From Candidatus Multivoradales bacterium (GTDB taxonomy: Bacteria; Acidobacteriota; Thermoanaerobaculia; Multivoradales; JAHEKO01), in NCBI GenBank assembly GCA_965223155.1, contig CBDCVR010000013.1, forward strand, positions 288,001 through 352,000: a stretch of 64,000 nucleotides of DNA. Reading direction: 5' to 3'. The notes under the pieces are model-generated. The model saw nothing but the letters and a program-made list of their open reading frames with translations, was not told the DNA's origin and did not search any database. Of this stretch, positions 1-9,949 are shown piece after piece. The position numbers and the translations under genes are program-made. The number at the start of each line of letters is the position of its first letter. Within the stretch, counting starts at the first letter, position 1.

Positions 1-986
1 TTGTCGGCCATCAGCTCGCGCAAGGTGGGCAGGACGTCCACGATGCTGACCGGGTCCGCGATGCGGCGCGAAGCGAAGCGGCCCGGGAAGTACACCATCA
101 ACGGGATCCTCATGACCTCTTGGTAGAGGCTGGCCCCGTGCTTTCGATCGTCATGGTCGTAGAACTCCTCGCCGTGATCCGAGAGCACGATCACGAGAGT
201 GTTCCGATCCCAGCCGAGCCGCTCGTGCAGGCCGCCAAGGATGGCGTCCACATAGCCGATCTCGCTGTCGTAGCGATCGAGCATGGTCTTTGACCAGCCG
301 CGGCCGCCGCCGGCTCCACGCTCCCAGGCGATCAATCGTCGCAAGTGTTCCCGGCTGCTGCCCTCCCGGAACCACGGTTCGCGGTGGCGATAGGGGCTGT
401 GGGGATCCATGAAGTGGAGGTAGAGGAAGTACTTGCCTCCGTCCAGGATCTCGGATTCCCACTCCTGGACGACACCGTCGAGAACTTTGGCGGCCTTGTA
501 GAGATGCTTCTCGAAGCGTCCGAAGCCGCGAGCGAATCCCGCGGTCTCGTCAATGTTGATGTTGTCGGCAACTCCAAAGGTCCGGTACCCGATGCGCTCC
601 ATCATCTCGGGGATCGTCTCGGCGGCATCCGGAATTCGGTTGTGCGGCGCGCCCGATCGCGTGGACGCCCGAAACCCGGTCCAGAGGCCGTGCTGGACCG
701 GATACAAGCCCGTAAAGAGGGAAGCAGTTGCCGGCGTCGTCCAGCTCGTCGTCGTGTGGGCGCTGTCGAAAACGACGCTCGAAGCCGCGAGTTCCTCCAG
801 ATACGGCCCGGTCTCGACCTCGTCGTTGAAAACCGCGAGGCGATCTGCCCGCAAGGTGTCGATGACCACGAGGACGACGTTGAATTCGGGCTCGGGGGTT
901 TGGCCGAGCGAGCAGCCCAGGCTGGTCAGCAGCGGAACGAGCAGACAGAGGAGGGCACGCCTGAATCGCCGGCCGGTTGCGTTCAC
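1..986 (-). CDS. Sulfatase-like hydrolase, lipoprotein; runs off the left edge of the window
   Basis: Manual translation (not in the ORF track): GTG start, signal peptide ending LGC, NVVLVVIDTLRAD, SWTTPATASLFTGLYP, LSDHGEEF, RIPLM motifs. Confidence 0.85.
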   Translation of the reverse strand, partial: MNATGRRFRRALLCLLVPLLTSLGCSLGQTPEPEFNVVLVVIDTLRADRLAVFNDEVETGPYLEELAASSVVFDSAHTTTSWTTPATASLFTGLYPVQHGLWTGFRASTRSGAPHNRIPDAAETIPEMMERIGYRTFGVADNINIDETAGFARGFGRFEKHLYKAAKVLDGVVQEWESEILDGGKYFLYLHFMDPHSPYRHREPWFREGSSREHLRRLIAWERGAGGGRGWSKTMLDRYDSEIGYVDAILGGLHERLGWDRNTLVIVLSDHGEEFYDHDDRKHGASLYQEVMRIPLMVYFPGRFASRRIADPVSIVDVLPTLRELMAD

Positions 987-1082
987 GCGAGAAGAATACC
1001 AGCGCAGTTCGCAGAGCCGCCGGATCGGCGGGGGGCAGTACTTCCGTCTCCGGTTCCGGCCTTTGGCGCTAGCTCGCTGGGC

Positions 1083-2885
1083 TCAGGTGTCAGACGGAAC
1101 GGCCGGTTCGCCGGCGACTTCGATCCGGGAGTAGGACGCGGCTCGACCAAGCTCGTCGATTACCCCTACGGCTACCTGGTGGCGAGCCGGTCCAAGGTGA
1201 GTCATGACCACAAAGTCGTGCCGAGTGCTCGACTCATCCTCGATCGCGACCTCGATGAGCTTCTCTCGAATTTCCGTCCGTCGCCCCTTCTCGTCCTCGG
1301 CGGCAATCAAGACTCGAAGGAGCGCTCGAGCCGGGTCCTCACCCACGGTCACAAGGCTGCCGATCGGAACCGTGACGCGGATTGGGACCGCTCGCTTGTC
1401 GTTCGGCACCGAATTCGGCGTAGCTGCAGACGGCTCGTCGACGCTTGTGCCGGCAGAACCACCCTCGGCGACCCTCGCCGTGACGCCCAGGTCATTGTCC
1501 TGGAAGCCGAGACGTAGCGATGCCATCAATCGGTCGCCGAGCGCCTCCGATCTGGGCCGGTCGCGGTAGAGCCGGCGGTACCGAAGGCGAGCCTTGGGGT
1601 GGCCGGGGAGCCTCACGCGAAGGCTGTGAGCTCGATCGTCCGCATCTCGACTCGGCGAGAAACCAAGCGAGTAGTGGGAGGAGAAGTTCCTGGCAATTCT
1701 GTTCAGGCGATCCAAAGGACGATTCTCATTGAACACTGCTTCACCTCCGGTCTCGTTGGCGAGATAGTAGAGAGACGACTGGAGGTTGGCCCGGCGGACC
1801 AGGCTTGTCAGATTCGATGGGCGTGTGTGTTGGAAAGCGAACTCGACCGAAGACCCGCGATCAGCTCGCAGGCCGCCGGCGTCGAGCGAATAGATTGTGA
1901 CGCGGTTGGCGTTGGCGCGCGCGGCAATCCGATTCAGGAACGGAGTTTCGTCGAATCGAGTGAGCAGGGGTTGGGCGTCGTAAGCCTTTTCCGGGCAAAT
2001 GTCGGTCAGATAGTTCAGAGCGCCGATTCCCGGTCGCTGCTGGAGTCCCGAACTGACATAGAAGACCGTCTTGCGTCCTGGAAGCCCCCCGAGGGCGCTG
2101 ACGAGCTCACCGAGACCCTCGCCGGACCTGAAAAGGCGATCGGACGACGAGATCGCGTATTGCTCCCAAAGGGCGACCATCTGTTCCCAAGCACACTCAC
2201 AAACGCTTGGACAGGGATTGAATCCGCCCGTCTTTGGCAGGTTGTAGACCTCATAGAGTTCTTGTACGTCGCGGAACAGCCTGGCGTACTCGATGGCGTC
2301 CTGGCGCCCGAAGCTCGACTTGGCCACGGAGGTATCAAGTGCCCGTCGCAGCTCTTCTGCATCCGTAGTAGTGAAGTCCGTCTGAATCCGCAGTCCCACG
2401 TCGTAGGTGGCCAGCAGGATGCGCAAGTGCTCAGGGCGTCGACTCCCGACGAACCTTGCCAGGTCATCGGCAATTCGTTGCCGATCCGAGGGATCGAGGT
2501 TCAGATTGTCGAGGAACAGCACCGCCCAGATTGGTTCGACAGCCTCGCTGGCCTTGTCACGACCGCCCTGGGTTTGAGGGCTCTCGGGCGTAGCGCCGTC
2601 TTCGAATCTAGGACGCTGGCCCGCTCGAAAGTACGTGATCTCGACCGGCCGGCCATCTTCAACGAGCTCGAAGTCGCCAGGTGCAAGGCCCTCGATCGGC
2701 CGTCCCTTCTTGTCGCTTACGAAGACATCGACGTTAACGACCCGAACGTCGACGACTTCGAGAAACGGTTCGGCTGGCGGCGGCTCCCCTTGAGCCCCCA
2801 TTGGCGAAGGCGCCATCAAGCATAGAGCGGCGGCCGTCGGGAGAAGGGCCCGGATCTCTGAACCGACTCGAAGAAGCAACTTCAT
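1083..2885 (-). CDS. VWA-domain protein, acidobacterial VWFA-related type
   Basis: EVVDVRVVNVDVFVSDKKGRPIEGL, LPGRKTVFYVSSG, LANETGG, YSLGFSP motifs; signal peptide. Confidence 0.85.
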   Translation of the reverse strand: MKLLLRVGSEIRALLPTAAALCLMAPSPMGAQGEPPPAEPFLEVVDVRVVNVDVFVSDKKGRPIEGLAPGDFELVEDGRPVEITYFRAGQRPRFEDGATPESPQTQGGRDKASEAVEPIWAVLFLDNLNLDPSDRQRIADDLARFVGSRRPEHLRILLATYDVGLRIQTDFTTTDAEELRRALDTSVAKSSFGRQDAIEYARLFRDVQELYEVYNLPKTGGFNPCPSVCECAWEQMVALWEQYAISSSDRLFRSGEGLGELVSALGGLPGRKTVFYVSSGLQQRPGIGALNYLTDICPEKAYDAQPLLTRFDETPFLNRIAARANANRVTIYSLDAGGLRADRGSSVEFAFQHTRPSNLTSLVRRANLQSSLYYLANETGGEAVFNENRPLDRLNRIARNFSSHYSLGFSPSRDADDRAHSLRVRLPGHPKARLRYRRLYRDRPRSEALGDRLMASLRLGFQDNDLGVTARVAEGGSAGTSVDEPSAATPNSVPNDKRAVPIRVTVPIGSLVTVGEDPARALLRVLIAAEDEKGRRTEIREKLIEVAIEDESSTRHDFVVMTHLGPARHQVAVGVIDELGRAASYSRIEVAGEPAVPSDT

Positions 2886-3105
2886 GAAGCTCACCTTCGC
2901 AATTGATGCAGCAAGCTGCGCGCCAAGTGGGGGCAGTGCGCACGGTCATGGCCTGCTGATTGGTTCTTTGGCCGCAGCAGTGTCTCGGCCTTCGCCGGCC
3001 GTCCTCGAAACGAGACGTGCACAGGCGACAGTCGGTGGTGCGAGTACCCACTTCCGGCCGCTTGCCGCGAAGATGGAGGTCGGGAATCGCGGGAAGAAAG
3101 AAGGT

Positions 3106-3192
3106 TGGTGCGAAAGGGGGGACTCGAACCCCCACGGTATTGCTACCACAAGGTCCTGAACCTTGCGCGTCTACCAATTCCGCCACTTTCGC
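3106..3192 (-). tRNA. tRNA-Leu(CAG)
   Basis: GCGAAAGTGGCGGAATTGGTAGAC...CAAGG-TTCAGGA-CCTTG, long variable arm, GTTCGAGTC, encoded CCA. Confidence 0.97.
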
Positions 3193-3466
3193 AGAACCGC
3201 GGCCGACCGGTGGTCGGCGGGGTCGCTGATTCTAGCCGGTTCGCGGCCGGGCGGCTAGAGGCGTCCGAAACTCCTCGAGGCTTCGATTCGAGTCGCCAGG
3301 CGCCAAGAGTGCGTCGCGATCCGGCTTCGTGATGGTGCCCGTGGCAGCCTGTCGGCCTCACGGAGTCCGTCACCGGGGGACCTGCCGACAAGTACCTCCC
3401 GAGTAGCACCACTGCGCCCGCGGCAAGGCAGCGACAAATGCCCCATAATGCGGACGAGCCGAGTTG

Positions 3467-5965
3467 ATGAGCGAACGATTTCCCAGTCTTCCCGCCGGAG
3501 CCGAGGGCGTGGTGCGTGCCGACCTTCTGGACTTCCTCACGGAAGCCGGCCGCAAGGGAAGGGCGCGGGCCGATGTGGACGAGTGGGCGCGCCGGTCCGG
3601 GGCGCCGGATCTTGCGAAGGAAGCGCTCGACGTCCTGCTGCGCCAAGGCGAGGTGATCGAGTGGCGCCGGCGTCTGCTGGCCTTGCGCCATACCGATTGG
3701 CGAGTTGGCACCATCCGCCGCGTCGGAGGCGGCGGCGGGCGCCAGCGACAGGCGGGAGACGGCCGGCGGGGTCCCGGTACCGGGCGGCGTGGCGGAGGCT
3801 CCTCAGCCAGGGGGCGACGCGACTCCGGCACACGGCGCGGTCCAGGGCGTGGCCCTGAGCGGAGCCCAATGCGGGGCAGAAACCGCGGCGGCGGCCGCTC
3901 GGACCGTGGCGCGCTCTTCCTGGGTGGCGCCGGCAGCGAGGCGACACACTTCATCCCGGCCAGCAACCTTCGCGGCGCTCGGGACGGCGACCGGGTCCTG
4001 GTCCGCCCGGCTGGGTCCCGCCGGCGCGGCAGCTCCGGCCCACGTCCGGGCAAGCTGCCCGAAGCGACCGTGGTCAAGGTGCTGGCCCGCGGCCGCTCCG
4101 AGATCGTCGGCTTTCTCCGTGGCGGCGACCGGCTGGAGCTCGTGCCCTTCGACTCGCGCGTGCGCCTCGACGTCGAGCTGCCCGACGGGTCCGAGGCCTT
4201 GGCCGGACGCTTCGTGGCCGCGGTTCTGGCGCCCGAGGCGGAAGCGGCCAGGGGCCGGGTGCCGGTCACCTCTCTAGACGACCTGGGCGATCCGACCGAA
4301 GCCGGGACGGACGTCCGGGTGGTGCTGCGCCACTTCGAGATCCCGGAGGTGTTTCCGCCCGACGTTCTGGAGCAAGCCGCCGGATTCCCCGAGACGCCGC
4401 CGCCGCCGGGCCCCGAGCGCGAAGATCTTCGCTCCCTGGTGACCGTGACCATCGACGGCCGGACGGCTCGCGACTTCGACGACGCCATCTCGCTCACCGA
4501 GCGGCCCGACGGCGGGGTTTCCCTGGCCGTGCACATCGCCGACGTCGCCGAGTACGTTACCGTGGGCAGTCCGCTCGACCGCGAGGCCTACCGCCGCGGC
4601 ACGAGCGTCTACTTTCCGGACCGGGCGGTGCCGATGCTGCCCGAGTCGCTGTCGAACGGGTTGTGCTCGCTGAGACCGGGCGTCGAGCGTTTCACCCTGA
4701 CTGCCTTCCTGGAGCTGTCGGCGGCCGGTGAGCTCGAGTCCCGCCGTTTCGCCGAGTCCGTGATCGTCTCGGATCGGCGCCTGACCTACTCCGAGGTCCG
4801 GCGCGTGCTGGAAGAGCCCCAAGACGGCGACCGTGCCGAGTACGGTCCGGTGCTGGAGCTCCTGGAGAGCGCTCGGCGTCTCATGGAGCGCCTTTTCCGC
4901 CAGCGCCTGGATCGTGGCTCGATCGACTTCGATCTGCCGGAAGGCAGTGTGGTACTGGATACCGACGGCGTCACCGTGGGCGTCAAGCCGGGCGAGCGCA
5001 ATGTCGCTCACCGGATCATTGAGGAGCTGATGATCGCGACCAACGAGGCCGTCGCTCGGGAGCTCTCCGGCGCCGAGCTGCCCGCGCTCTACCGCGTGCA
5101 CGACGAACCGGAGCGGGGGCGCTTCGAAGAGTTGCGGTCGTTTCTGGAGCCCTTGGGGATTCCTCTGGAACTCACCGCCGAGATGCTGCATCCAAGCCTG
5201 TTACAGGAGGTGTTGCGAGCCGTGGAAGGACATGACGAGGAGCCGTTCGTATCAACTCTGGTGCTCCGTGCCATGAAGCGGGCCTACTACGACCCCGATT
5301 GCCGTGGACACTACGCCTTGGCATCGCCCGCGTACTCTCATTTCACCTCGCCGATTCGGCGCTACCCGGATCTCCTCGTGCACCGCGAGCTCAAGCGCTG
5401 GCTTCGCGCCCGGTCCGACGAAGACCGCGAGGAGCGCCGACGGCGGCTGCCGGCAATCGCCGAGTCCACCAGCGCCACCGAACGGCGGGCCGAGCGAGCC
5501 GAGCGGACGCTGCTTCAATGGAAGATCGTGCGCCTGCTCGAAGAACGGACCGACGAGGTCTTTCGGGCGCGAGTGACCGGCGTTCAACCGTTCGGACTCT
5601 TCGTCCAGTTGGATGACTACTTCGTGGACGCGCTCCTGCCGGTCGCGGAGCTGACCGACGATTTCTACACCTACGAGGAAGAACGCCACCGGCTCGTGGG
5701 GCGCTCGGGAAAGACCTATCGTCTGGCGGATGCGGTGGACGTGCGTCTGATCGACGTTGACGTCGTCGGCCGGCGGTTGGTCGTTGCTCCCGCCGCGGCC
5801 AATGTCGAGCCTCGAGACAAGACGCAACGCTCCGGCAAGCAAGGCGAGCCCGCCAGCTCATCTGATCGCTCATCTGCCTCGGCCGACCGCTCGACGGATC
5901 GCGCTGGGCGGTCCAGACGGAGACCCAGATCGCGCGGCAAAGGCGGGAAAGGGAGGCGGCGATGA
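3467..5965 (+). CDS. rnr: Ribonuclease R
   Basis: TIDGRTARDFDDAIS, HFTSPIRRYPDLLVHR, C-terminal S1 domain and basic tail. Confidence 0.95.
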   Translation: MSERFPSLPAGAEGVVRADLLDFLTEAGRKGRARADVDEWARRSGAPDLAKEALDVLLRQGEVIEWRRRLLALRHTDWRVGTIRRVGGGGGRQRQAGDGRRGPGTGRRGGGSSARGRRDSGTRRGPGRGPERSPMRGRNRGGGRSDRGALFLGGAGSEATHFIPASNLRGARDGDRVLVRPAGSRRRGSSGPRPGKLPEATVVKVLARGRSEIVGFLRGGDRLELVPFDSRVRLDVELPDGSEALAGRFVAAVLAPEAEAARGRVPVTSLDDLGDPTEAGTDVRVVLRHFEIPEVFPPDVLEQAAGFPETPPPPGPEREDLRSLVTVTIDGRTARDFDDAISLTERPDGGVSLAVHIADVAEYVTVGSPLDREAYRRGTSVYFPDRAVPMLPESLSNGLCSLRPGVERFTLTAFLELSAAGELESRRFAESVIVSDRRLTYSEVRRVLEEPQDGDRAEYGPVLELLESARRLMERLFRQRLDRGSIDFDLPEGSVVLDTDGVTVGVKPGERNVAHRIIEELMIATNEAVARELSGAELPALYRVHDEPERGRFEELRSFLEPLGIPLELTAEMLHPSLLQEVLRAVEGHDEEPFVSTLVLRAMKRAYYDPDCRGHYALASPAYSHFTSPIRRYPDLLVHRELKRWLRARSDEDREERRRRLPAIAESTSATERRAERAERTLLQWKIVRLLEERTDEVFRARVTGVQPFGLFVQLDDYFVDALLPVAELTDDFYTYEEERHRLVGRSGKTYRLADAVDVRLIDVDVVGRRLVVAPAAANVEPRDKTQRSGKQGEPASSSDRSSASADRSTDRAGRSRRRPRSRGKGGKGRRR

Positions 5966-6039
5966 GGGATCGAAAGTCTGGCCGCGAAAGCTGGAATCCG
6001 GCTGCTGGCGAGGCCAGGCGCGTTGGTAGACTCTCGCCC

Positions 6040-6546
6040 ATGAGTCGTTGGCGCGCGCGGTTTCGGACGTCTCTCGTCGGCCCTCTAGCTCTGCTGGCGC
6101 TGGGCGTGGTCGTGATTGGCGGTCTTGGCGGCTGCCGTTCGGCCACCGAGACCGCGGCCGCCGACCGGGCCGAGATTCAGGCCATGCTGGAGGAGTTTCT
6201 GCCGGTCCTGGGCCGGGCCTATGCCGAGCGCGACGCCTTGGCGGTCACCCCCTGGGTGGCGGAGAAGGAGATCGCCCGCATCGGCAAGCGAATCGAGGAG
6301 CTCTCCGACACCGGCCAGGTCTTCGTGCCGACCTTTCGCCAGCTCACCATCGAGGACGTCAACTCCTGGAACAGCTCCAACGCCTTCGTCACCACTGTCG
6401 AGGTGTGGGACTTGCGCAGCGAGGCCCTGGGCAGCGGCCAGGTACTGACCGAAGTAGCCGGCCAGGTGAACCGGGTCAAGTACCAATTGAAGTACGACGG
6501 GGGCCGCTGGCGGATTCTGTACCGGACCATCACCGAGCAGGAGTGA
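6040..6546 (+). CDS. Hypothetical lipoprotein
   Basis: Hydrophobic signal ending LGGC; plausible codon usage; start estimated. Confidence 0.65.
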   Translation: MSRWRARFRTSLVGPLALLALGVVVIGGLGGCRSATETAAADRAEIQAMLEEFLPVLGRAYAERDALAVTPWVAEKEIARIGKRIEELSDTGQVFVPTFRQLTIEDVNSWNSSNAFVTTVEVWDLRSEALGSGQVLTEVAGQVNRVKYQLKYDGGRWRILYRTITEQE

Positions 6547-6696
6547 CGCGGTGAGCTGGGGGGCAGGGGCCCGCGGCCGCGGCGTCAAGTGGTCGGAGCT
6601 CGAGCCGAGAGTCCGATCGAGTTGGCGGCCGGGTCGGCGGCCAAGCTGGTGGCCAGGCCGGCAGTCGAGCCGGGCAGGGGAACCCGGGGCGTCGCG

Positions 6697-8079
6697 ATGA
6701 CGGCCGCCGAGCTGGCAGCGTCCGGTCTCGACGATTCCGGCATCGCCAGCGTGGTGGCGATCGTGGGCCGGCCCAACGTCGGTAAGTCAACGCTCTTCAA
6801 TCGCATCGTTGGGCGCCGCCAGGCCATCGTCCACGACCAGCCCGGAGTCACCCGCGACCGCATCACGGCGCGGACCGAGCTCGGTGGCCGCGAAGTGGAT
6901 CTCATCGATACCGGAGGGCTTCAGCTCGCCGAGGACACGATCGGGCTGAACGATCAGGTCTTTCTGGCGATGGAGGAGAGCGACCTCCTCATCTTCGTGG
7001 TGGATGGTAAGGACGGCAGGACTGCCGCCGACGAGCTGGTTCTGGAGCGGATTCGTGGATTCGCGAAACCGGTCATCCTGGCGGTCAACAAGGGCGACAC
7101 CAAGCTCGCCCAGGCCAACGAGGTGGAGTTCTATGCCCTGGGGGTCGCTCCCCAGGTGTTGATCTCGGCCGAACACGGCCTAGGCCTGCCGGATCTGCAC
7201 GAGGCCGCGGCGGAGCTTCTGCCCGAGACCGCGCCGGGTACCCGGGACCCGGACGTGCCGTCCCTCGCCATCGTGGGCCGGCCCAACGTCGGCAAGTCCT
7301 CGCTCCTGAACCGTCTCCTGGGCCGCGACCGGGCGCTGGTTTCGCCCGTGGCCGGCACCACCCGGGATCCGCTCGACTCGATCGTCACCCACGGCGACCG
7401 TCGCTACCGGCTGGTAGACACCGCCGGGATTCGTCGCCGCAGCCAGGTCTCGGACGCTCCCGAGGAGATCGCGGTCATGATGGCCCGCCGGCAGCTCGAA
7501 CGGGCCGAGCTGGCGCTTCTGGTCTTGGACGCGGCCGCCGGGGTCACCACCGGAGACCTGGCGATCGCCGGAGCGGCCTGGGAGATGGGCTGCGGCCTCC
7601 TGGCCGTGGTCAACAAGTGGGACCTGCTGGAGGACGAGATCGTGCGCGCGCGGCTCGAGGACGATTGGGGGCGCCTGGATGAGCTCGCCGCCCGGCCCCG
7701 GCGGGTGAACATCTCGGCCCTGACCGGCCGTGGCATCGACAAGGTCTTTCCGGCGGTCGAGGAGCTCTGGACGGACTTCATCCGCGAGCTTCCGACCGCT
7801 GAGGTCAATCGCCTGCTGCAGCGGGCGGTGACCCGCCATCAGGCGCCGGCCGTCCGCGGCAAGCCCTGGAAGCTTCTGTACGCCACCCAGGTCAAGGCCG
7901 CCCCGCCGACCTTCTTGTTGTTCGCGAACCGGGGCCTGGCGCGGAGCGACACCTACCGGCGCTACCTCGAGAATTTCGTTAGGGCCGAGCTAGGCTGTCC
8001 GGGCGTGCCGATTCGCTTGAAGATCAAGAGCCGGCTCCCGAGAACGGCGCGGTCTGGCCTCCCAGCCGGCGGGCGGTAA
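6697..8079 (+). CDS. der: Ribosome biogenesis GTPase Der/EngA
   Basis: Two GRPNVGKS P-loops, GVTRD/GTTRD, DTGG/DTAG, C-terminal KH-like domain; start estimated. Confidence 0.96.
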   Translation: MTAAELAASGLDDSGIASVVAIVGRPNVGKSTLFNRIVGRRQAIVHDQPGVTRDRITARTELGGREVDLIDTGGLQLAEDTIGLNDQVFLAMEESDLLIFVVDGKDGRTAADELVLERIRGFAKPVILAVNKGDTKLAQANEVEFYALGVAPQVLISAEHGLGLPDLHEAAAELLPETAPGTRDPDVPSLAIVGRPNVGKSSLLNRLLGRDRALVSPVAGTTRDPLDSIVTHGDRRYRLVDTAGIRRRSQVSDAPEEIAVMMARRQLERAELALLVLDAAAGVTTGDLAIAGAAWEMGCGLLAVVNKWDLLEDEIVRARLEDDWGRLDELAARPRRVNISALTGRGIDKVFPAVEELWTDFIRELPTAEVNRLLQRAVTRHQAPAVRGKPWKLLYATQVKAAPPTFLLFANRGLARSDTYRRYLENFVRAELGCPGVPIRLKIKSRLPRTARSGLPAGGR

Positions 8080-8128
8080 GGGCTTTCCGGGCCCCGTGGA
8101 GGGGCGAGGGGGAGTGTGGAATTTGTGG

Positions 8129-8158
8129 TTGCCGGGGCGTTCGGTCCCTCGGTATACT
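8129..8158 (+). promoter_or_regulatory. Putative sigma70 promoter of ihfA-merR
   Basis: TTGCCG-18 bp-TATACT upstream of the ATG at 8198. Confidence 0.45.
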
Positions 8159-8197
8159 TCATGTAGATTCTCAGAGGTACTGCTTTAAGGGTACGCT

Positions 8198-8527
8198 ATG
8201 GCAGGAAACGACGATCCACTCAAGGACCGAAAACACGGAGTCACACGTGCCGATCTCACCGACGCCGTGTACGAGCGTCACGGCGGTCTCACCAAGACTG
8301 AGGCCGCCGAGGTCGTCAACAAGATCTTCGATACCATGAAGACGAACCTCCTCGAGGGCCGCCCGGTCAAGATCCAGAATTTCGGCGTTTTCGAGATCGC
8401 CGCCCGCAAGGGACGAGCAGGGGTCAACCCGGTCACCGGCCGCCGGATCTTCATTCCCGCCCACAAGAGCCTTCAGTTTCGGCCCGCTCCAAAGCTCAAG
8501 GACGCCGTCCAGGAGCCGGAAGAGTAG
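8198..8527 (+). CDS. ihfA: Integration host factor alpha / HU family
   Basis: VKIQNFGVF...GVNPVTG...FRPAPKLK; canonical ihfA-merR-tRNA-Pro order. Confidence 0.85.
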   Translation: MAGNDDPLKDRKHGVTRADLTDAVYERHGGLTKTEAAEVVNKIFDTMKTNLLEGRPVKIQNFGVFEIAARKGRAGVNPVTGRRIFIPAHKSLQFRPAPKLKDAVQEPEE

Positions 8528-8530
8528 TCC

Positions 8531-9154
8531 GTGGCGAAGAAGCTGTACTTCAAGATCGGCGAAGCGTGCAAGCGGCTGGACATCCAGCCCTATGTGCTGC
8601 GCTATTGGGAGACCGAGTTCAGTGCCCTGAGCCCGGATAAGAGCAAGTCGGGCCAGCGGGTCTACTCCGAGGCGGATTTGCGCGTCATCGCCCGCATCAA
8701 GGAGCTCCTCTACGACGAGGGCTACACCATTGCGGGCGCGAAAAAGAAGCTCGAGAAGGAAGACCTGAGCGACCTGCCTCCGGTGGGTGCCAAGGCCGCC
8801 GCCCCCCCCAAGGCGGACACAGAGGACGTGGACGAGCTGGCTTCCGAGGAAGAGGACGGCGCCGCAGCCGACGCCAGGGCCTCCAGCGATGCGAACGACG
8901 AGGCCAAGGCGGCAGCCGAGCCCGAGCCAGCGAAGCCCGGAACCAAAGCTGCCGCCAAGCGGCCCGCGCCGGCCACGACGTCGAGCTCCAAGCCCGCCAA
9001 GAAGAAGACTCCCCCTAAAGCCCCGAAGAAGGCTCCGAAGAAAGCTGCGAAGAAGGCCTCGCCCAAGCCCAGCGCCTCTGAAGCCAAGCTCCGCCGGGGC
9101 GTGCGCGAAGCGCTCAAAGAAGCCCAGGCGCTCCTGGATTCCCTGTCGGACTGA
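8531..9154 (+). CDS. MerR-family HTH regulator with low-complexity acidic and Lys/Ala/Pro-rich linker
   Basis: YFKIGE...YVLRYWETEF...GQRVYS...GYTIAGAKK. Confidence 0.9.
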   Translation: MAKKLYFKIGEACKRLDIQPYVLRYWETEFSALSPDKSKSGQRVYSEADLRVIARIKELLYDEGYTIAGAKKKLEKEDLSDLPPVGAKAAAPPKADTEDVDELASEEEDGAAADARASSDANDEAKAAAEPEPAKPGTKAAAKRPAPATTSSSKPAKKKTPPKAPKKAPKKAAKKASPKPSASEAKLRRGVREALKEAQALLDSLSD

Positions 9155-9204
9155 TATGGAACTTGTGGACATCCAGGCCCAGATACGTGCTAGCTTTCTT
9201 CACT

Positions 9205-9293
9205 GACCGATCCTCCGTTGTATGCGGCTCTGCCGCGGTTCTCCGTTTGAAAGACCCACGGTAACCCGCGGACCTACAACCGGTGGATCGGTC
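9205..9293 (+). ncRNA. Candidate structured ncRNA (long hairpin)
   Basis: GACCGATCC/GGATCGGTC, TTGTA/TACAA, CCGCGG-TT/AA-C-CCGCGG, CCGT/ACGG nested helices; TG-n-TAGCTT extended -10 at 9188-9196. Confidence 0.45.
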
Positions 9294-9479
9294 GTTCCAT
9301 ACTGTCTAGCCGGGCCGCTCTGGCCAGGCTCACCCGTCGAACGAACGGGTCCCCGTTGCGAGGGCCCTCGCCCTGCCGGGCCAGGTCGACCGGCTGATTC
9401 GAGCGAAGCGAACAGCACGCGCGGGAACGCCTTCCGGCTCGACAGGTCCCGGCGCCGTTGGGTAAAGTAGCCGACCGGT

Positions 9480-9556
9480 CGGGACGTGGCGCAGTCTGGT
9501 AGCGTACCTGAATGGGGTTCAGGGGGTCGCGAGTTCAAATCTCGCCGTCCCGACCA
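9480..9556 (+). tRNA. tRNA-Pro(GGG)
   Basis: CGGGACGTGGCGCAGTCTGGTAGCG...CCTGA-ATGGGGT-TCAGG...GTTCAAATC...CCA. Confidence 0.97.
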
Positions 9557-9949
9557 TAACTTCCCTGGCTTCAATAACTTGCAGTGGCCCTAGAATGGGC
9601 CAGATGCGGCCCTTCGATATGGGGCACTGGGTGGGGCACAAAGCGCCCAGTTTCCGCCCGGTTTACTAGGTATTATCGAGCCGATGGCCCGAGTAGTTCG
9701 AAGCGCAGCGGCTGGACGGGCCGAAGAGTCACGGTGCGCGTTGACCACCTGACCGTTGTTCGCGCTGCCACTCCGTCGTCTACCCGCAGCGGCATAGCAG
9801 CCAGACACGTGAGCCAAGAACCCGCAGATGACGAAACCCCACGAGAGGTAGGTGCCAGATGAGATGAGTCGGTCGGTCTCCAGCTGGGACACTGTGCCAG
9901 TTGGAGATAACCAAGGAATCGGCATCAGAGCCGAGAAAGGAGACCGACC

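Noticed and set aside
345-2825. Long + strand ORFs (390 and 408 aa) and similar antisense ORFs across the window (e.g. 44736-46802, 55482-56825, 60660-62915)
   Set aside because: Shadow frames of well-supported genes in high-GC DNA, with no recognisable motifs.
9640-9856. Possible gene interrupted by IS-A, or a RAYT remnant
   Set aside because: The rejoined flanks give no convincing ORF or HUH motif.
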